Source: Octopus sinensis (lineage: Eukaryota). Taken from it: a DNA stretch of 64,000 nt. Below the pieces are notes generated by a model, which saw only the letters and a list, made by a program, of their open reading frames with translations, made no database searches and had not been told where the DNA came from. Both the position numbers and the translations under genes were made by a program. This document shows positions 58,960 to 64,000 of this stretch, one piece after another; the stretch's first letter is position 1; each line of letters opens with the position of its first letter. The stretch spans positions 9,610,001 through 9,674,000 of the forward strand of contig NC_043026.1 in assembly GCF_006345805.1 (NCBI RefSeq), in the 5' to 3' direction.

Positions 58960-60004
58960 AGAAAATGATACACCACAGATGTCACAGTGATATGGTTTAT
59001 CTCCCATATGAATGCATATATGAGTAGTTAAATGAAACCTTCACGTGAATGATTTACCACGGATATCACAGCTATATTGATTTCTTGCATGAATATGTTT
59101 GTAACTAAGGTATTTAAATTACAGAATGATTTACTACCGATATCACAATGGTATGGCCTCCTTTGTGTATGAATATGTTTGTGTCTATTCAAAGCACCAG
59201 TTGTGGAAAATGATTTACCATAGATATCACAACTATTTGGACTTTCACTTGAATGAATATATCTATGTTTAGTAAAGTTAATTTGACAGAATAATTACCA
59301 CAGGTATCACAGTCATATGGCTTCTCTGTATGAATGCATTTAAGTTAGTATTTTCAGAAAAATATTTACCACATATCACAGTGATATGGTTACTCACCTG
59401 TATGAGTACGTTTGTGTTTAGTTAAGTTAACACATTCTGAGAATGATTTACCACAGATATCACAGTGATATGACTTCTATCCTATATGAGTACGTTTATG
59501 GCTAGTGAGACCATCATTTCTAGAGAATGATTTACCACAGATATCACAGTGATATGACTTCTATCCTATATGAGTACGTTTATGACCCGTGAGACCATCA
59601 TTCCTAGAGAATGATTTACCACAGATGTTACAGTGATATGGTTTTTCCCCTGTATGGGTACGTTTGTGTTTAGTTAAGTGACCAGATACAGAGAATGATT
59701 TACCGCAAATATCACAGGGATATGGCTTCTCTCCTGTATGAGTACGTTTATGTCTAGTGAGACCATCATTTTTAGAGAATAGATATGGTTTTTCTCCTGT
59801 GTGAATACGTATGTGGACAGTTAAACTAAACCTTTTAGAGAATGATTCCCCACAAATATCACAGGGATATGGTTTCTCACCTCTATTAATACATTTGTGT
59901 TTAATAAGGTTACTTTCCAGAGCAAATGGTTTCTTACACACACCACAATGGTATGACGATTTTTCAGTCACTTTCTGCATCTCTTCAACAAAATAATAAA
60001 TCAA
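58960..60004 (-). pseudogene. C2H2 zinc-finger array (~11 finger units), truncated or pseudogenised after ~4 intact fingers
   Basis: 84-bp periodic YHCDICGKSFS...HKRTHTGEKP units; third finger partly deleted; TAG stops at 59561 and 59477, further stops and frameshifts below; acceptor TTATTTCAG near 60358. Confidence 0.85.
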
Positions 60005-60659
60005 TCCTTTAAGTCTGTAACATTATCCATTGTTTCAATAGTTTTCTCTTCTCCCAGAACAATATAAATTTATTTCCTTCTTTCACTTTTTATTGTTCAT
60101 TTATTTCAAATGTTTTACAGCTATTTTCTCATCAACTCTGATTTTCATCCAAATTTAATTACAAGTAAGCAAATTCATCTTGTACATACTGCAGACTGTA
60201 CAGTAGGGAAACGCTGCCATTAATCTCCGTTCAGAAGAAATATTTCAGAGTTTATATATTTGTCGCATGTAACGTTTTTCTTTGGTCTTTAAAAGATAAC
60301 AGATGTTGATGATGAATCTGATGAAAGCAATTCTTTGATGTCACAGTTGTCTGATATTCTGAAATAAGAGAGAAACAACAGCATAAGATACAAGAGGATA
60401 TTTTAATAGCAGACATGCAACAGTGCAACTCTTACTACATGTCTACAGAGATAAATTCTAGAAGTAAACAACTGAACTTTTCTTTTCAATTTCTTATTAA
60501 ACTGCCTTTACTTTCGAAATGTGGAGTAATGAAGAAGGGGAATATTCCATGCGTTGTATGTCTCGTTTCTCTGGGGCTTTTTCTGTTGTTTACAAAGAAA
60601 GATCGTTTCTATATTTTTGTTTTTGTTTCTCATTGTGTTCAACATTTTTTTGATGTCCT

Positions 60660-60860
60660 GTATCCATATATGCATGTATATATACATATAGATGTAGGTA
60701 TGTACATATATGTAGGTATATATACATATAGATGTAGGTATGTACATATATGTAGGTATATATGCATATATATGTAGGTATGTACATATATGTAGGTATA
60801 TATGCATATATATGTAGGTATGCATATATATATATGTATATATGCATATATATATGCATG
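60660..60860. repeat. ~38-bp AT-rich minisatellite
   Basis: TATATACATATAGATGTAGGTATGTACATATATGTAGG units. Confidence 0.85.
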
Positions 60861-61069
60861 CATGTATGTATATATACACCCCTCTGTTCCTTAGTCTCTC
60901 ATCCCATCTATGCTTTGATCCCTGCTCCTTGCATGTATAACCTGGCCCTTCGTTGCCTTCTCTCTCCTACTCTCTTGTTGTCCCCTAATCTCTCTCTTTT
61001 GCTCTTTCCTTGACTGGCTATGTACCTCTTCTACAGTTTCTGCCCTCATTCTTAATCTCTCTCTCCATT

Positions 61070-61180
61070 CTTCTCTTGCTCTTATCTCTGGAGATAAGGA
61101 GAAGAGGCTTGAATCCCCTACTCCAATATGGGTCTCACCAGCGTGACGTAGAGCGGTAGGAATATGGCCAGGTAACCATG
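61070..61180 (-). mobile_element. Short CR1-clade fragment
   Basis: FLPLYVTLVRPILE*GIQASSPYLQRD. Confidence 0.55.
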
Positions 61181-61221
61181 TATCTATCTCCTTTACAATT
61201 GCTCCTGGCGTCTTTCATGTT

Positions 61222-61267
<46 letters not shown>

Positions 61268-61672
61268 GGATAACCGCACATCTCGTCTCCAGCAACGTAC
61301 CTATTCCTGCCCTCTTTCTTGAGCAGCCTCTCTCTTTCTCTTGATCTTCTTTCCGGCTAGATAACCAGGCATCCCCTCTTTCTTGTTAAACTCTCTCTGG
61401 CTCACAAGTACAGAAAAAGGGACCGATAGATGGGGAGGGTATTGGGAATGAAGTCGAAACAAATAACATGTTGAGAACGAATGTATGCGTGCACAGACAC
61501 ACATATAGAGACAGGGAAAACGAACTGTGGGATGCGGTGGCAGAGATGGGCTTCATTGCAAACTAAACCGGAAGTTCTGTTACAGGGACATGACAAAAAT
61601 AATTATACTGATTTTACAATAAAAATTAAGGAAGCCACTTTACTCTCATTTTACAGCAAATGTAGGCAATTT

Positions 61673-62078
61673 GGCAATCTTTCGTCTCTAGTAGACCTTT
61701 CCGTCGATTTCCATAAAAAATTTTTTTTTTTTACATATGGGCTTGCGGGAACTTTTGAAGTAATGAGAGCGAAAGAGACTAAGAGAAAGCGATTGTATGA
61801 CGGGGGAAGTTCTTTTGAAGTTACCGTGCATGTGAAGCATTGATGTATATGTGTGTGTGTGTGTTTGATGGGGTGTGGGAGACAGACAGGGGGTTGTGTA
61901 AGTGAAGTGCTTCTGTTAGTATGTGTGAAGAGACAGAGAGAGTAATGTGTGAAAGAAAGAGATAACTGAAATTTTTTACTCGGTGTATGTGTATATGTAT
62001 GTATATTACTTCAAAAGTTCCCGCAAGCCCATATGTAAAAAAAAAAATTTTTTTACGGAAATCGACGGAAAGATCGCC
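61673..62078. mobile_element. Merlin-like MITE (same family as 32478-33302, opposite orientation)
   Basis: Same TIRs (right TIR partly deleted); exact 8-bp TSD GGCAATTT at 61665-61672 and 62079-62086. Confidence 0.8.
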
Positions 62079-62109
62079 GGCAATTTATTTGGCGGAGGTA
62101 AAGAATATG

Positions 62110-62405
62110 GGTATTACTAGCGAACAGTGGGCCCGGTGCGCGCACTCGCGCTAGCTAGACGTAAGTAGTCGATCCTACAACGACTTGCGCGTATGCTTGT
62201 ATTTCAAGGCTGAATCCATATCAAAGAAAATTAAATAATATTTTTCGAACAAAGTAAATAAAACGCAAAGTAAATAATTTTTTAAACTAAGTAAATAAAT
62301 TATTTTTTAAAACAAACTGAGGTTAGGATTAAAAAGTCGTAGGATCGACTACTTACGACTGGCTTGCGAGTGCGCGCACCGGGACCACTGTTCGCTAGTA
62401 GTACC
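62110..62405. mobile_element. MITE with ~60-bp TIRs (GGTA(C/T)TACTAGCGAACAGTGG)
   Basis: Arms are reverse complements; same terminus at ~20422; no TSD found. Confidence 0.7.
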
Positions 62406-62660
62406 GACGTTCAGTATTTGACTTTTCGATTGGTTGTGTTTCTCCAATTTTTTATGTATCAGAGATGTCTATGAATTGTACAAGATTTGGCTGCTATTTC
62501 TAGCTATGGAAGAGAGTTATCTATGATTTAAGCGAGATCTGGTTGCTGTTTCTAGTTATGGAAGAGAAATCACTATGTTTCGTGCCAGATTTGGCTGCTA
62601 TTTCTAGCTATGGAAGCGAGATGTCTATGATTAGTGCGATATCTGGCAGCTATGTATGTA

Positions 62661-62695
<35 letters not shown>

Positions 62696-62934
62696 ATGTA
62701 TGTATGTATGTATGTGTGTATGTATAGGTTCGTTTATAGAAATACATAAACCCGAAGGAGAACCGCACTCTAAGTTAATATTACAGTGGGTAGGCTGGTT
62801 TATAAGGGTACCCTGGGTTTCTCGCTCATAAGGGTTTTAAACCTTACGGTGTATCTTCAGACCCCAAATACAGCTGGCCTGAAGATACGCCGTGAGGCTA
62901 AGCCCTTTATGAGCGAGAAAAGCGAGTGTACCCA

Positions 62935-62975
<41 letters not shown>

Positions 62976-63201
62976 TATATTAAGGTATGTAGAAAAATAC
63001 AACATGGACAAGAACGTATAACTCTTAGAAGACGACACAATAAACATGGACAGGACATTCGAACCCCTCAGTCTTCAGTCAAGAACCGGATCATCGTAGT
63101 AATTTCGGCTGATTAATCTTGATATATATACATACAGACATGAATATGTACGTATATATATATACATACAGACAGCCAGACATGAATATGTACGTATATA
63201 T

Positions 63202-63249
<48 letters not shown>

Positions 63250-63259
63250 GCATATGTAT

Positions 63260-63485
63260 ACTTATTTCTTTACTACCCACAAGGGGCTAAACACAGAGGG
63301 GGACAAACAAGGACAGACAGACGGATTAAGTCGATTACATCGACCCCGGTGCGTAACTGGTACTTAATTAATCGACCCCGAAAGGATGAAAGGCAAAGTC
63401 GACCTCGACGGAAATTGAACTCACAACGTAACGGCAGACGAAATACCGCTCGGCATTTCGCCCGACGTGCTAACGATTCTACCCC
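63260..63485 (-). mobile_element. SINE family B monomer
   Basis: Full head and body. Confidence 0.9.
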
Positions 63486-63519
63486 GTGTAAGGGAAGGAG
63501 TGAGAATGGAAGTGGGAGT

Positions 63520-63639
63520 GGGAGGGGAACGCGCGGGTTAAGTGTCACGTGACTTTCAGAGCAGACGACATCTTCTCAAAACTTGCAAAGATTTTCAAAT
63601 GTCGACCGAGGAAAGAGGCAACAAATAATTAAGGTAAGC
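63520..63639 (+). promoter_or_regulatory. Candidate promoter and first exon of a plus-strand gene
   Basis: CpG-containing CGCGCGGG and palindromic E-box GTCACGTGAC (63544-63553), followed by a consensus donor AAG|GTAAGC at 63633/63634. Confidence 0.35.
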
Positions 63640-63928
63640 CTTTTATTTTATTCTTCTTCTTTTCCAGAATTTCTCAAATTTTCGTTCCTTCACATTTCAA
63701 AGGAATTTTTTGTTTTTGTTTTTTCATGAGTATAAACCCTACACAGCTTTATTTAGGATCTCATATCGAGAAGACTTGCAGCATTTTATTGAGAAAAATG
63801 AGCGCCAATTAAGTTTGTGTAAAGTGATTTTTATTTCGATGAACTGATTCATGAAACTGCAAAATGGAAGAAAGTATCTCGAATACCAACAGAGAATAGT
63901 TTGTGTGAATATGTATATACATACATAC

Positions 63929-63978
<50 letters not shown>

Positions 63979-64000
63979 CGGAGTAAACACATAAATGTGA

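Noticed and set aside
62985-63120. Minus-strand CTGAAGA...GAATGTC resembling a second hammerhead
   Set aside because: GAAA core is absent and stems I and II do not pair convincingly

Overview
AT-rich, microsatellite-dense animal genomic DNA, most likely an octopus or other coleoid cephalopod. This is inferred from the tRNA-derived SINE families and the YHCDICGKSFS-type C2H2 zinc-finger array; it is not a database result. Much of the window is mobile DNA: five SINE families (labelled A-E here), non-autonomous Helitrons, MITEs of Tc1/mariner, piggyBac, hAT and Merlin type, and fragments of CR1, Tx1/L1, Dong/R4, HERO-like, mariner and Penelope-like elements. There is a 100-N gap at 51501-51600. 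The main non-TE content is four minus-strand single-coding-exon ORFs, each preceded by a TTTCAG splice acceptor. (1) An intact 1799-aa ORF (36819-42218) appears to be six concatenated NHL-like beta-propellers of the kind found at the C-terminus of molluscan TRIM/B-box proteins, with no RING or B-box. A 117-bp, 96%-identical inverted copy of its 5' coding region lies just upstream and could fold back on the pre-mRNA. (2) A 413-aa Ser-rich protein carries GSLTD x17 and SGCPQPSKER x~15 arrays whose variation is mostly synonymous. (3) A 95-aa orphan ORF has a possible inverted paralogue nearby. (4) A decayed C2H2 zinc-finger array. Also notable are an ORF1-only (gag-knuckle) retroelement sharing its 3' tail with the tandemly amplifying SINE B, and Penelope-type minimal hammerhead remnants. 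All family and fold assignments come from motif recognition by eye and need computational confirmation.
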